Part shown: positions 41,725-57,651 of the stretch, one piece after another
Position numbering within the stretch: the stretch's first letter is position 1
Layout: every line of letters begins with the position of its first letter
Assembly (NCBI RefSeq): GCF_009914755.1
Contig: NC_060934.1
DNA: 64,000 bases
Direction: 5' to 3' (one strand)
Source: the human T2T-CHM13v2.0 reference genome, Homo sapiens
Program-made: the position numbers and the translations under genes
The notes under the pieces: model-generated
Databases searched by the model: none
What the model was told of the DNA's origin: nothing
Seen by the model: the letters and a program-made list of their open reading frames with translations, nothing else

Positions 41725-42345
41725 TGGCTTACTTATTTATCTTTTGAGGCAAGTTCTCCCTCTGTCGCTCAGGCTGGAGTGCAGTGGTGTGATCTCAGCT
41801 CACTGCAACCACTGCCTCCTGGGCTCCAGCCATTCTCTTGTCTCAGCCTCCGGAGTAGCTGAGACTACAGGCATGTGACACCATGCCCAACTAATTTTTG
41901 TATTTTTAGTAGAGAAGGGGTTTCACCATGTTGGCCAGGCTGGCCTCGAACTCCTGGACTCAAGTGATCCTTCCCTCTCAGCCTCCCAAAGTGCTGGGAT
42001 TATAGGCATGAGTCACCGTGCCCGGCCTAGAATGCTTTTTTTAAAAATTTAATTGTATTTAATTAAAAAATATTTTTATTTTAGATTCAGGAGGTCCACG
42101 CACAGGTTTGTTTCCTAGGTCTATTTTGTGATGCTGAGGTTTGGGTTTCTGTTGATCCCATCACTTACACAGTGAGCACGGTACCCAATGGGAAGTCTCT
42201 CCATCCTGGCTGCGACCTCTCTCCTTTCTCTTGGAGTCCTCAGTGTCTACTGTTGCCCTCTGTATGTCCTGTGCACCCAGTGTTTAGCTCCCACTTATAC
42301 ATGAGAACATGGGATACTTGGTTTTCTGTTTCTGTGTTAATTCAT
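41725..42345 (-). mobile_element. Alu (41725-42028) followed by an L1PB/L1MA 3' end (~42070-42345)
   Basis: Reverse Alu; tttagctcccacttata..tgagaacatg L1 3'UTR motif. Confidence 0.85.
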
Positions 42346-43786
42346 TCCATAAACATTTATTTAGGGCATGGAATGGGACCAGGCCATGTGCTAAGCTCTG
42401 AAAATACAGACATAAATAAGTCAGTTTCTTCCCTGAAGTAGCTTTCATTCCAGCAGGAGAGCAAGAGTTGCTTTGTAAAAAGGTGATAATCACTGGGAAA
42501 CTGTGACTGCTGCTGCATTAGTCTGCATGTCAAGTGCTGTGAAAGCCCAGAGAAGGTTGTGATTAATACAGAGAAAAGAACTCAAAGCTGAATCTCCTAG
42601 AGAAAGCGCGTGTGCTCATGAACCTCCTGGTTGTGACGATGGCTGTCATTCACACAGCCATGGCAATACCTGCACGCTGCTTCATAGAAAGCCACCTCTA
42701 CACTGTTCTCCATAAAAAGCCAGGAGTGGCCTTGTGTTAGAGAGCAGCAGAGCAAGCATTGCAGAGTGCATTACCATTTGCCAAGCTTCTCAATGTCCTG
42801 AATAGATCCCTCATGGAATTCATATTTAACTGGTACACAACGAGCTTTCAACCCATATGTGAATAAAGTGTCTGATGCGTAATCACAGATGAGCCGACAC
42901 ATTGCTTTTGAAAATATTTGCCAGGAAGTCTGACATGCAATAATGCCCTGCTCTTCAAAAGATCGCAAGCAAGAAGCCCAAGTGACGACCTCGATCCTTG
43001 CAGATAATTAGGTGACATCCACATGGTCCCTGAAGGAGGCAAGAGCCCTGGTGTGGCACATTTCCAAGCTTCACGGAAGACACACAGTGGCCAACCTCTC
43101 TGTGTCCCGAAGACTCTGTCTATTTTCGGTTTTGTTTTGTTTTGTTTTTCCCTTTAATTCCTGTCACCTAGGTAGGTACCATTTCTCAGGATCACTACTA
43201 AAAAGTCTGCAAAGTAAAAAGATACAAGAGCTGAATATCTTTTAGATTCCTTCCTTTCTAAAAATTCTTCATTGTTCTATGTCCCACGTTAGGTCTGATA
43301 AAGAGAATGTTTCTTTCTCATAATAAGAATAGAGTATGGAAGCCTCTGACCACATTAAAAACCCTGAGAAGATACAACCGCAGGATTGATAGCAGAAGTC
43401 AGCTGTGATTAGCAGAGCAGTAATTAAAGAAGATAAACAGAGTGAACAACGCTGTTTCACAGGGCAGCCCAGTCCGACTTACAGAACCTCCAGGAAGGCA
43501 GGGATTATCTGTCTTATTTTCTCTCTGCTAATAAAAGATTTTTCTTTGTCCTTCTGGCCCATAAAAAGAACATTAAGAATCCAAATGCAGCAAATTATAA
43601 AATAATATCCTTGGAGATGCTGAGACAATATATTTATTGAGTTTTATTAAAAATAAATATATCATTAAATGAGACTACTACTATAGTCTTAAAAACACAC
43701 AAAGTCCTAATCTCTCTCAGGATCCAGGCATGTACATTGTACTAGAATATTATTTATGATCACGCTTACTTAGGTTGGGAGAAATA

Positions 43787-44125
<339 letters not shown>

Positions 44126-44626
44126 TAATGACCCAACTGTCCCCCACAAGCTTTTTGGCTTTCAACCTGAGACTATCTTAAGGATATAAATAGAGGACTG
44201 AAAACTTCATGGCCATGCAGATTTGGCTGCAGAAAGCCAAAGCCAAAGGAGGCATAGACCTATTTCCTGGGACACCAACATGTTCCAACGTCCAATCGAT
44301 GTTGTGAGCGATATAGCATGAACCACGGCGGCTGCGGCCAATATTTCAATAGTAGTGCATTTTGCTCACGGATAGAATTCTTAACAGGAGGTGGTTCTAA
44401 TACCCCCAAGACAGTGTTGGGAGTGAAGATAAACACATAAGTAGCAATCACCTTATTGTAATCTATTGCTAGTCCACACAAACGCCTTAGAAAAAAATTT
44501 CCAAACGTTTTTGTGGGGGGTTATAATGTATTTACCCAAATTGTTCCCATGTGGAAATCTTGAGAATCATTCAAGCTTCAGTTGCTTTTAAACTTCCTAA
44601 CCCGAGCTGCAAATTTTTCTTGCACG

Positions 44627-44629
44627 TAT

Positions 44630-44706
<77 letters not shown>

Positions 44707-44800
44707 TATACACATATACATATACATATACATCTATATATACATATAGATATAGATTTATATAGATCTATATGTATATATATAAATATATATATAAATG
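44627..44800. repeat. (TATACA)n / (TA)-rich microsatellite
   Basis: About a dozen perfect TATACA units followed by degenerate TA-rich sequence. Confidence 0.95.
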
Positions 44801-45148
44801 TACAATTATTTTTTTCTGAGAAGAGGGTCAAATAGGTTTAATCACATTATTTTTTTTTTTTTATCAAAAACCAGTGCTCTAAGGACCCACTAGGGTGTGT
44901 GACCAACAATAGGGGATTCCGGTGGGAATTTCAGACAATGAGAGAAAAACAAACTTCCCAAGTAGATTGCAACTCATCCCAGGCAAACAACAGCAAGGAT
45001 GCCTAGGGCAGCAGCGGCAGCCCCAAACGATGTTCACCTGCAGGTTGTTGGAGTCCTGGGAAGGTGTTAGCGGTGTTTGTTAGAAGCACTTCCCTGCCCT
45101 GGAAACCTTGTTGTTTGTTGGAGAGGCACTGAAGAGCAGGTCCATATG

Positions 45149-45651
45149 CACAGGGCACTGCCACCGATCAAAGGCACGGGCGGAGAGGATGAGCACGCTC
45201 TCCAGGTCACAGGACACTGCACTGCCACCGACCAAAGGCACAGGAGGAGAGGATGAGCACGCTCTCCAGGTCACAGGGCACTGCACTGCCACCGACCAAA
45301 GGCATGGGAGGAGAGGATGAGCACGCTCTCCAGGTCACAGGGCACTGCACTGCCACCGACCAAAGGCACGGGAGGAGAGGATGAGCACGCTCTCCAGGTC
45401 ACAGGGCACTGCACTGCCACCGACCAAAGGCACGGGCGGAGAGGATGAGCACGCTCTCCAGGTCACAGGACACTGCACTGCCACCGACCAAAGGCACAGG
45501 AGGAGAGGATGAGCACGCTCTCCAGGTCACAGGGCACTGCACTGCCACCGACCAAAGGCATGGGCGGAGAGGATGAGCACGCTCTCCAGGTCACAGGGCA
45601 CTGCACTGCCACCGACCAAAGGCACGGGAGGAGAGGATGAGCTCTCCAGGT
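45149..45651. repeat. 64-bp minisatellite (VNTR), 8 copies
   Basis: Unit cacagggcactgcactgccaccgaccaaaggcacgggaggagaggatgagcacgctctccaggt; units end at 45207, 45271, 45335, 45399, 45463, 45527, 45591 and 45651. Confidence 0.97.
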
Positions 45652-46153
45652 GGGCCCTTTCTTCAGAAATTCCAGCACAAGGAAATCCAGCTATTCCTCC
45701 CTAAGACAGATGTTGATCGACTCTTTACTGCTTTCAACTCTGGGGTCATGTTCTACTAAAAGTTTTATGAAAACAACAAAGAAAATATTAGAACTCCTTT
45801 GAGAGAAAAAAAGGAATGTACAAGCCAAGGATGAATGAGGGGTGAGAGAGGCTCACTGCAGAAGAAAAAAGACTCTAGAAGAAGTATTTCATAAATCCCC
45901 CGTGGATCATAAATCCACATCTGTGTGGCTACCATATGTGTCAGGGATGAAATAGAAGCTGGTTCTTTGACTCCTGTCTTGCATATGGGATTATGCAATG
46001 GATGTATTGTTTTGCCCCTAACATTCTGGGCACATGTTACTGGTGGTGTTTGATACAATGTCCAGTTAAACAAGTTTGTTTTCTGCTGTGATGCTAGTGG
46101 GCGGGTGGAGGGAGGCGGTCATGGCAATCAACCAATGGGTAGTCTCGTCCAGA

Positions 46154-46427
46154 ACAGTTGCTCTGCGAGCTATGATGGGGTTACGTCCTGATAAGCACAT
46201 TGCAACCTAAAAATATGGTAAGTTGAAAATGTGCTTAATACACCTAATCTACAGAACGCCATGGGTCCATCTCGCTTGCCTTAGACATTCTCAAAACACT
46301 TACATTAGCATACGGTTGGGTACAGTCATCTAACACACAGCGTGCTTTATAATAAGGTGTTGAACGTCTCAAGTCATTCATTGATGTAGTTGTAAGTTGA
46401 ACCACCATAAATCAGGAACGGTCTGTA
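46154..46427. mobile_element. MER47A-like Tigger MITE
   Basis: tatgatggggttacgtcctgataag...aacacttacattagc..cagtcatctaacac. Confidence 0.75.
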
Positions 46428-47427
46428 CTGATTCCATTTTCTTTCTCCTGCGTTTCTGAAATCCCAAACATTGTCATAAGAGTCTGTTATGGAGTAATCT
46501 GGCATTATTTTATACAAACACACTTTAAGAACATCTGTACTTTTAGCTTATATCTGTAATAATGAATTTTTACCATTTTTCTATGGGATAGAAATATATT
46601 TCCCCACCACCCCCTTTAAATCTAAAATTCCCTCCTTTACCACATTTGCACTCTGGCCAACCCAGAGACTTCCTTCATGTGCTTTCCATCATTTATCTTT
46701 CCGAGGGATGGGTCCTAACCCTGCCCCTGGCCCTGGGAAATGCATCCCTCCCCCGGTCAGTTCATCCTGGCCTTGGCCCCTGCCGGCGTTCTCTGCCTGC
46801 CTGAGACGGATGCTGCAGGGGCACCTGGGATTCCCTGACAGCTCCCCGGGCCTTTGTCAGAGTGACAGCCCGTTTTGTGTTGTTGTCACCTGCTGCCTCC
46901 TAAGGTCACTTTGTTGACTTGGTTTGCCATTCAACTTCATTTTGCCATAAAATGCTACTCTGAGTCAGCCTGCTGGAGAAAGCACTGCCAAGGTGGACAG
47001 TCAGGGAGAGGCACAGCTTCCAAAGCCTGTGTTTCTCTCCCTGTGATGATTTTGCCCAAGCCTTGCTCTTTCCCTGAGTCCTTCACCTTTGCGAGCAGCA
47101 CCAGGGTCGGGAAGTCCATAAGGAACACCTTGCTGTGGTTCAGAAACTGCCCTCAGGTGCCCTCCAGAGAGTGCGCCTGTACGTGCCCAGTATTTCCAGT
47201 GTAAAATAGATCCTTGCTCAAATCCATTTTCACGTGTCATTGTTCCTCCTGCCCCACTTCACAGGATTGAATTCCAAGATTGAGGCTGGGTTTCTGTGTT
47301 CCAGCAAAATCTCTCACATGGTCCTATGTGGCCAGGTAGGTCAGTAACACACACGGTAAGACTGTGCGTGATGCCACAACAACGTGCCCACCTGGCTGCT
47401 GAATATAAGACCAAATCTCAAAAGTTA

Positions 47428-47725
47428 CTTTTTTTTTGTTTTTTGAGATAGGGTCTTGCTGTGTCACCCAGGCTGGAGTGCAGTGGCACGATCATCTTCA
47501 CTGCAGCCTTCGATTCCCAAGCTCAAGTGATCCTCCTGCCTCAACCTCCCCAGTAGCTAGGACCATAGACATGCACCACCAGGCCTGGCTAATTTTTAAA
47601 TTTTCTTGTAGAGATGAGGTCTTGCTATGTGGTCCAGGCTGGTCTCAAACTCCTGGCCTCAAGGGATCCTCCCACTTCAACCTCCCAAAGTGCTGAGATA
47701 ACAGGCAAGAGCCACCGTGCCTGGC
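47428..47725 (-). mobile_element. AluJ
   Basis: Reverse diverged Alu. Confidence 0.88.
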
Positions 47726-48263
47726 CGGAACTTGTTTTGGAAACAGCATCGCTGCCCCACACTGCTCTGTGACAGGTCTTCCTTTTCCCTGGTGAGAGGG
47801 GCCTGATGGCCGAGTGCAAGGCTTGGCGCTTCGGCCTTGTTCCTGCGGGTGCGCTGCTTCCTCTCTCAGGGCATCAGCCTCTGACGGGTGCCCTGGGTCC
47901 CTCCGAGGTCTCACGACTCTGTGTCCTCCGAGGGCGTGACTTTCCTGGTTGTGCCTCACCCTGAGCACCCCCACATCCTCTGTGTGTGTGGTGAGCATGT
48001 AGACGACACCCCTTTGCGTGGTTCTGCTGGGGCAGAGCAACAGCTGGCAGGCTTGGGCCCGAGGACCCCGAGGTCAGCTGCAGAGGTGGGGACAATCACC
48101 TCTCGCCTTTCTGAAGCTACGGCCCCAATTGCGACGAGCTGGCTGGAGCCTGAGTGGCCGCCGTGGACACGGATACACAGGAAGCTGGCGCTGGCCTTCC
48201 TCGCCGTGCCCCTCGTGTATTTAGGGTGTTTCCCACAGAGAGAGGGGATCACTTCTCCTTTCA

Positions 48264-49395
<1,132 letters not shown>

Positions 49396-51118
49396 TTCCA
49401 GCTCAAAATCAAGCCAATCATTGCAATGTGTGCGTGGGGGTGGTGGGCGGCCTCAGTGAGCTTATTCAACAATTAGTCTGCCTCCCAGGCAGTCGTCTTT
49501 ACAGTCATCCTCCAGACCCCACTGCCCTTGGACCCCACAAGCCATGCCCACAAATACTTCTCCATTCCTCTGCCTTATTTTCATTCAGGTTCTGCTCTCC
49601 GTAGATGACAGCAGCTCTCCTGAGACATCCACGGAAGTGTATGGCTTTGTTCAGGTGCAGTATTGGCAGTAATACTGTTCCCTACCAGGTGCACCACAGG
49701 CTGGGCCCACGCCAAGCCCTTTGTGTGCATATCATGCATATTTTCACGAGGGTTTTCTTTGCACCACTGAGAGAAAAGCTTCATTCGACAGACCTTGCAC
49801 ATTTGTATGCGAAGTCCAACTTCTACTGGACTTCTGCTGTTCTTCAAAGCACGCATACACCAGAATCATGCGCTTGGGTGCCCAGGACTTTTTATTTTAT
49901 CCTCTCATAGATGAGGCTGAGAAGGCACCAGAAACTTGGGGGCCAGCCAGTGGCATGCTATGTTCTCAGTGAAGCTGTTCAAAAACAGTAATTACAGTGC
50001 CAGAAATAAATGTATTCATGCAAAATTAAGAAAATATACAGTTTTCCCCTTCCACATTCCCAACATTATAAACAGACACACCAATTGTCTTACGATATAA
50101 AAGTCAGAATTAGAAGTATATAAAGTAAATAAAGTAAAAATTCCAACTGCTGCATTCTAGAAACTCTTAGGATGCATGTTTTCAAAAGACAATCAAACAC
50201 AATCACCAGGAAAAACCTTTGATCTAAGATATGCCACTTTTTTTTTTGGTCTCCAAAGTATACTATTTTCCTCTGATTATGTTAATTAAAGAAGATTACC
50301 TTTAATAACATAAAATAGAGATACTTTGGGTCCTATTAACTTGTATTTCAAGCTTGCCTCAAGCACTAAAGAGAAAAAATATCCTGTTTTTCTCATGAAG
50401 AGGCATATACAACTTCAGCCTCAAGAATACATTCAGTGTTTGCATTTTATGAAAACACACTTTGGACATGTGTACCATGGATGTGCGGGTATACTGATCT
50501 AAAGATGTATTAGTATGGTGTATGAGATCAAGTTTGAGAATATTGCCTTATCAATCAAGCAAAAGCATCTCTAAACCTTTAAATGCTTTCCTGTGGCACA
50601 ACGCCACCAATGACTATCGTCTCCAAGTGTCTGCAGCACTGCTAACACCAGCCCCTCAAATCGCCTCCTGTTGTATAGCTCACAACATTCTTATTTAGGG
50701 TCTTGTTATACAGGTGTAACCTTGGGCTCACACCAGTGATATTGTTTGGGACAGGAGGTGACAGGGCTGACAGCCAGACTTGGGACAGACCTGGGCTTAG
50801 ATCAATTGATTATTGTTCATGGGAATTTAAACAGTTGTTTTCCCATTTCAAATCTGTTTCCCCATTTGTAAGAAATTATCTCATACAAGTATTGTGAGCA
50901 TTAAACAGAACAATGTCTGTGACATTGGCACATAGCAAGGCACATAGCAAATGCTTAATAATACCAGCCATTATTATCATTTTAGATTTTTCTGAAGTCA
51001 CATGGAAGATACCCTATCCACTTAGAAACACAGTTTAAATGCCTTACCAGGGGATCAGCTCTGAGAAGGAAGATGGACTCTGGGGAATGAACTCTTGTCC
51101 ATCAGGATAAAGCATTCT

Positions 51119-51600
<482 letters not shown>

Positions 51601-52239
51601 ATTGACATTTCATTTTTGAAGTAAACTTTCAGGCTGATATACCCAGTTTCCTTTTAGTAGTTGCATACAATCTATGAATTCAATAACAATTTTTTTCTTT
51701 AATCAGTTTTCTTGTTCCTCAACTCATTTTAAATTTCTAATAGTTGCATGTATGCATTTTTGCTCATTTAAAAGCAGAAGTGCACACTTAGCACCTTTGT
51801 TCACAGGCATGTTGTCCACAAGGAAACTTACTCTCACTAAACCCTGCTTTCTGATTTGTTGCTGGTTAGAGTCCCCTCAGGGTTTGCTTATTTGTCACCT
51901 GAGTTTTCACTTTTTTCACTAAGATATCTGATTATAATTATACCAACATGAATTCTCCTATTAACTAACAGGTGAATAAAACTTATTGAAAATATTTTAA
52001 ATAATTTATTGAGCACCTACTGTGTGCCAGGCACTGCACCAAATCTAGTTACACTAAAATAAAAAATTAAAACTAAAAACCTCCAAGTCCTGTCTGGAAG
52101 AAATACCCGATTAATGTTGACTAAAATGAAGTGTTTGGATGGTCTGTTTTCACATGTTGCAGGACGCAGGGAAGGGCAAGGACTTTGGGGTGTTTTTCCC
52201 TGGCTACTTCTCTTCAGTAATATTTCCTTCTACATCTTT

Positions 52240-52396
52240 GTTTTTATTATACCTTAAGTTCTAGGGTACATGTGCACAACGTGCAGGTTTGTTACCTATG
52301 TATACATGTGCCATGTTGGTGTGCTGCACCCATTAACTCGTCATTTACATTAGGTATATCTCCTAATGATATCCCTCCCCCCTCCCCCCACCCCAC
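52240..52396 (-). mobile_element. Very short L1PA 3'UTR fragment
   Basis: taagttctagggtacatgtgcacaacgtgcagg...atccctcccccctccccccacccc. Confidence 0.9.
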
Positions 52397-54264
52397 TGAG
52401 GTAAGGCCAATTTGCACACTGAGATAAGGAGGGCAAACCTGACAGAAGGTGGGAGGCCCAAAGAGGAGCAGGAATGGAACGGTGAGATGTGCGCTGGGAG
52501 CTACAAGCTGCTTCAAATCTCTCTGTGGGAAGTGGGGGCTGGGAACTTCGCCAGGTCAGGGCTCGGAGCCTCACAAATCAGGCAACATCAGCCGTTCCCA
52601 CGAGGGCTGCAGCTGCTTTCTAGAATGTGGAAAGACTTTCCTACTGGTTAGTAAATAGCAGCTGTCCCAGGGCCCCTACACTAACCCCACTTGCCCAACC
52701 ACACACACTCCTCCCCTGGATCCCCATCTCCCCCAAACTCGGATTTTAAAAGGCTAACTCCCAGTCTGTCTGGGGACCCAGCCCATCTGCCCCAGCACGT
52801 GTCTGCTGTGATTGGTGAGTGTCCACGCTGTGGTGGTCCTTAGTCCTCTGCACGTGGCCTGCATGCCTGGGGCCAGCTCAGCTATGGGAGCTATGATTTT
52901 CCTGGGTTCTCTCGTGTATGATTGCGTTGAACTCTTGTAAAATGCCAACGCATGGCACAGAACAGCGATGAGTGGTTCAATTTTGTGCCTGAATGAACTG
53001 AGGCTGTGATATCCAGGGATCCTTCAAGCCCACTTTGTTTGTTGGAGGCAGAAGGGGTCATGGACCCAGGCCCCATTCTTCTGTGTCAGGAGCTGAGGTT
53101 CTGAGTGGTGGGTGGGTGACGTGTGCCCGGGGTGCAGGCGGGTCATTTTTTACTGAGGAGCCTCTTTCGTTCCTCAAAGCCCAGCTCCAGAGCTCCTGCC
53201 CAGGCACTCTAGGGTTCACACATGGGGCCGGAGTCGGCGTCCAAGGGACACGGTGCTGTATTTTTTATTTTCTTCACTCTCCAGATGATGAACTATTTAT
53301 TGTCACTTTCAATGAGTCATGACCATCTAAAGCTGGGCCAGACCGAAGTGAGACACCTAACCTCCCTCTTTTCCTCCTTTTTCTTTTCCAAAATCTATTC
53401 ACGATCAGAGAAAAAAGCCTTTTGAGGAGGGGTTCATGGAGCAGAAATAAAACCTCTTGTCACAGCCAAGTGCTTAGGCCAAAAGTGATGTAAATTAGTA
53501 CAAGCTTGGTCATTTGCAGACCGACTCCCAGACTCATTCTTCATCCCACTCTCCGCCCTGAGCTCCCATGTGGTAAAGCAGGCCGAGGCCCAGTCTCCTG
53601 ACAGGTTTATGGGCTCCTGGTGCACTCTCACGCTCGGTCTTTCCAAGCACTGGTCTGGCTGTGTTCACAGCAAAGCCAGGGGCCGGATTCTTTTGAATAT
53701 CAAGCCTGGGTTCTCTCGTGTACGATTGCGTTGAACCCTTCTCCTGAGATAGCACTGGCCACTGGAGGTTAAGGCCTGCTGGGAACCGGCCACATGATCC
53801 TGGCCCCTGCAGCCATGGCTGTGAGGCTACGGGGCGACCCTGGCAACCCCCACAGCTCCACTGCCTCTCATCTCGGGCTGTGTCTTATGCACAAAGCTTT
53901 CCATGCTTGCAGGGGAGCTGTGTGTGGGAAGTCCTGGGTTTTGTGATAGGGACTTGGTTATATTTATGGCCATTTTAAGGGTGCAAGATTAAGCAAGATT
54001 ATAAAAGCCTAGATGTCACAGAACCTAGAGACTGTGAGAACCATCCTCTGCTTTACTGACATAAACATTGAGGTTCTCAAAAGACAAGGGGCTTCTCACA
54101 GCCACCGAGTCGGCACTGCAGCAAGAGCCGCTTCCTGGGAGTCAGCTTCCTGGTTTGAAGGCCTTGAGGCCCTCAATCAACTGCTTAATTGACACAGTCA
54201 AAATACAAGCAGTCAATCATGTAGTTATCTAGCTATCATCTATCTATCTATCTATCTTTTTAAA

Positions 54265-54645
54265 CCTATTTCTGCTTATTTTTAATTGTAGTAAAATACG
54301 TATAACATTTACCATTTAGAAAATTTAATTTTAATTTAAAATTTTTGTAGAAGCAGGGTGTGTCTATGTTACCTAGGCTGGTCTCAAACTTCTGGCCTCA
54401 AGTGATCCTTCCACCTCGGCCTCCCAAAGCTCTGGGATTACAGGCATGAGCCATCACACCCGGCCAAATTTACCATTTTTAAGTGTGCAGCTCTGTGGCA
54501 TTAGAGCCCTGTTGTGTAACCATCATCACCATCCACCTCCAGAGCCTTTTCATCGTCCCAGACTGATGCTCTGCCCCATTCAACACTCATTCCTGCTCCC
54601 CTCCCGTCAGCCCCTGGCAACAACTCTCCTACTTTCTGTCTCTAT
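54265..54645 (-). mobile_element. Old L1M 3' end with nested Alu monomer (~54330-54466)
   Basis: aatttaccatttttaagtgtgcagctctgtggcattag...cccctggcaacaact. Confidence 0.7.
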
Positions 54646-55824
54646 TTTAAGACAGCAGGGTAAAGACGTCTCTATTTTCTTCTTCTTTCTAAAGTTGTCC
54701 CCAGAGAATAAGAACAAAAGCCAGAAAGCAAACTCAAGCTTCCATGGAGCTCACAGCGTAACCATGGATTCTACAGTGCGCGTGAAAGGGCGTGGAAGGA
54801 GGGAAGACCCAACCGGGGCATGGGACGGCTTGGAGAGCAGAGCAATTCCCAGACACAGCGCCCAACTTGCCAAGACTCCTGAAGGGATGCTGCAGCCTCA
54901 GGCAGAATCCACGTGTCTTGCTTGGAGCAGGGTGTCTGATGCAAGGCTACTGTAGAAATGACCCAGGGTGTCACTGAAGGACAGGAGACGTTGCACAGAG
55001 AAAAGGAAACCCTGCACGTGTTGAGCACTTACCAGGTGTCAGGTGTTGTGCAGAGGCCGTGAGAGGTGACTTTAGCGAGCGACTCCTGCAGGAGGTGGCT
55101 GCCAGGGAAGCAAGGTGGGAGAGAGACTGGGGTTGAAGCAGGCACAGCCTCACGTTCTTTTAGCTGGGGAGACATAATGACAACTAATGCATACAATGAC
55201 AACTAATGCATAATGACAACTAATGCATGTTCTTTTAGCTGGGGAGACATAATGACAACTAATGCATACACACATGCATTCACACTCATACACACACCTG
55301 CATGTATACACACATGCACACAGGCTCTGAGTCACAAGGAGCTTCATTTTGAGCTGGGGAAATTCTGACCTAGTCTCTCCCCAATTTGTACCTTGGGTAA
55401 AATAGCTGATCCAGAAAAGACTCAATTTATTGAGATAATTTAATGAGAAATGAAAAAAGCATGGGCTTTATTAAAAATACTGTAAGTCTCTTAAAGCATG
55501 TGAGACCCAGGGGATGCAGGACTGGTGAAGCCATCCTAAAGAGATTTCTAGAAGATGACTCTAGAACAAACTTGGATGTCTCCAAACAGATGGAGACACA
55601 GATAAAAAGTGAGCCGTGAGCACTGAAGACATTTAATGTAGGAATAAGACTAAAGCTCCTATAGGATTATGGTAAATGAGAGGATATTATAATGACAAAT
55701 GTTATAAATAAGATGCTATGAAATAACACAGAAATGGAAGTGAGAGGGAGGGAGGCATGGTTGGAGGTGATATAAATATGCGGTGTTCTCTTCTTGTCTA
55801 GTCTCAGTTTAAAAATAATGTATA

Positions 55825-56535
<711 letters not shown>

Positions 56536-56709
56536 AAACGCAGATAAGCCAGATTATCTGGAGGGATACACCAGAAACTGCTAAGCATGAGTGAGTAGAA
56601 GATGCAATCTTCCCCAAATATACTGTAATACAGTCATGTCAAAGTCAAGTCCTTTGAATGTGAGGACTTTTTGGCTTATCTGTGGTGGTGAGTATCTTGA
56701 AAAGTATGC

Positions 56710-56827
56710 ATGGACTTTTTCTTAGCTCATCCACTATCATTAGTGTTAGTGTGTTTTATGTGTGGCCCAAGACAATACCTCTTTTTTCCAATGTGGCCCA
56801 GGGAAGCCAAAAGGTTGGACACCCCTG
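56710..56827. mobile_element. MER30 fragment
   Basis: Matches the 3' half of the copy at 5919-6137. Confidence 0.75.
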
Positions 56828-57449
56828 CTTTAATGTATGGAAATTGTGTACTCTGTATATATTCAAAGTACTGTGTGTATATTTGAGTATATTTGAATAT
56901 TCCAAAGTAAACAAATAACTATGAAAGAATAGTCCTTACATAGCTAACATAAGCTGATCAATAATTAGTTTTTGTTAACCATCTGGTGTATGCTTTCTGT
57001 ACCAATTTTCCTTATTATCGACAGGATCAAAAATAACATTTTATCCAAAAAAAAAATACAAAATGATAGGATTGAAAAGGCAGTGTCCTTGGAGTCCATG
57101 GATTCCTGGGATAACGCAGAGGCAGCATTTTACAGAAGGCCCACTGCTGCAGTGTCCACCTAGACGTGTGGGCAAGCTGAGCCGCCCTCGGCCTGACCCC
57201 CACATGCAGCAGCGGCCACCGGAGGGAGCGCCCATAACGGTAAACACCACCCCGAGCAAGGAAGGGGTTATGTCGGAGCGTGGCTCTGACAGGCTTTGAA
57301 GATAATCCGTGACGGTAGTAACTACAGAGTTTTAACAGAGTTTCTTTCTATTAATATAGGTAATAATAAAAATATCATGAGGCATCTAAATTTTTACCAA
57401 GAATTTTGACTATTGCTGTGATAGACGACTGTAGCTTAATAATAAACTC

Positions 57450-57618
57450 TTTTAATTTTTAATTTTTATTTTTTTGAGACAGGATCTCATTCTGTCACCC
57501 AGGCTGGATTGTAGTGGTGCGATCTTGGCTCCCTGCAACCTCCACCTCCTGGGCTCAAGTGATCCACCTCAGCCCCCTCAGTAGCTGGAACTACAGGCGC
57601 GCACCATGACACCCGGCT

Positions 57619-57651
<33 letters not shown>

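Noticed and set aside
44551-44835. HIHIHI / CICICI ORFs
   Set aside because: (TATACA)n microsatellite translation.
45149-45651. CRISPR-like appearance of regular repeats
   Set aside because: No unique spacers, primate context, no cas genes; it is a minisatellite.
52406-52432. LHTEIR peptide matching the recalled PITRM1 C-terminal FLHTEIREKGG
   Set aside because: Only 6 residues match, flanks do not, and it is on the opposite strand; consistent with chance, not a pseudo-exon.
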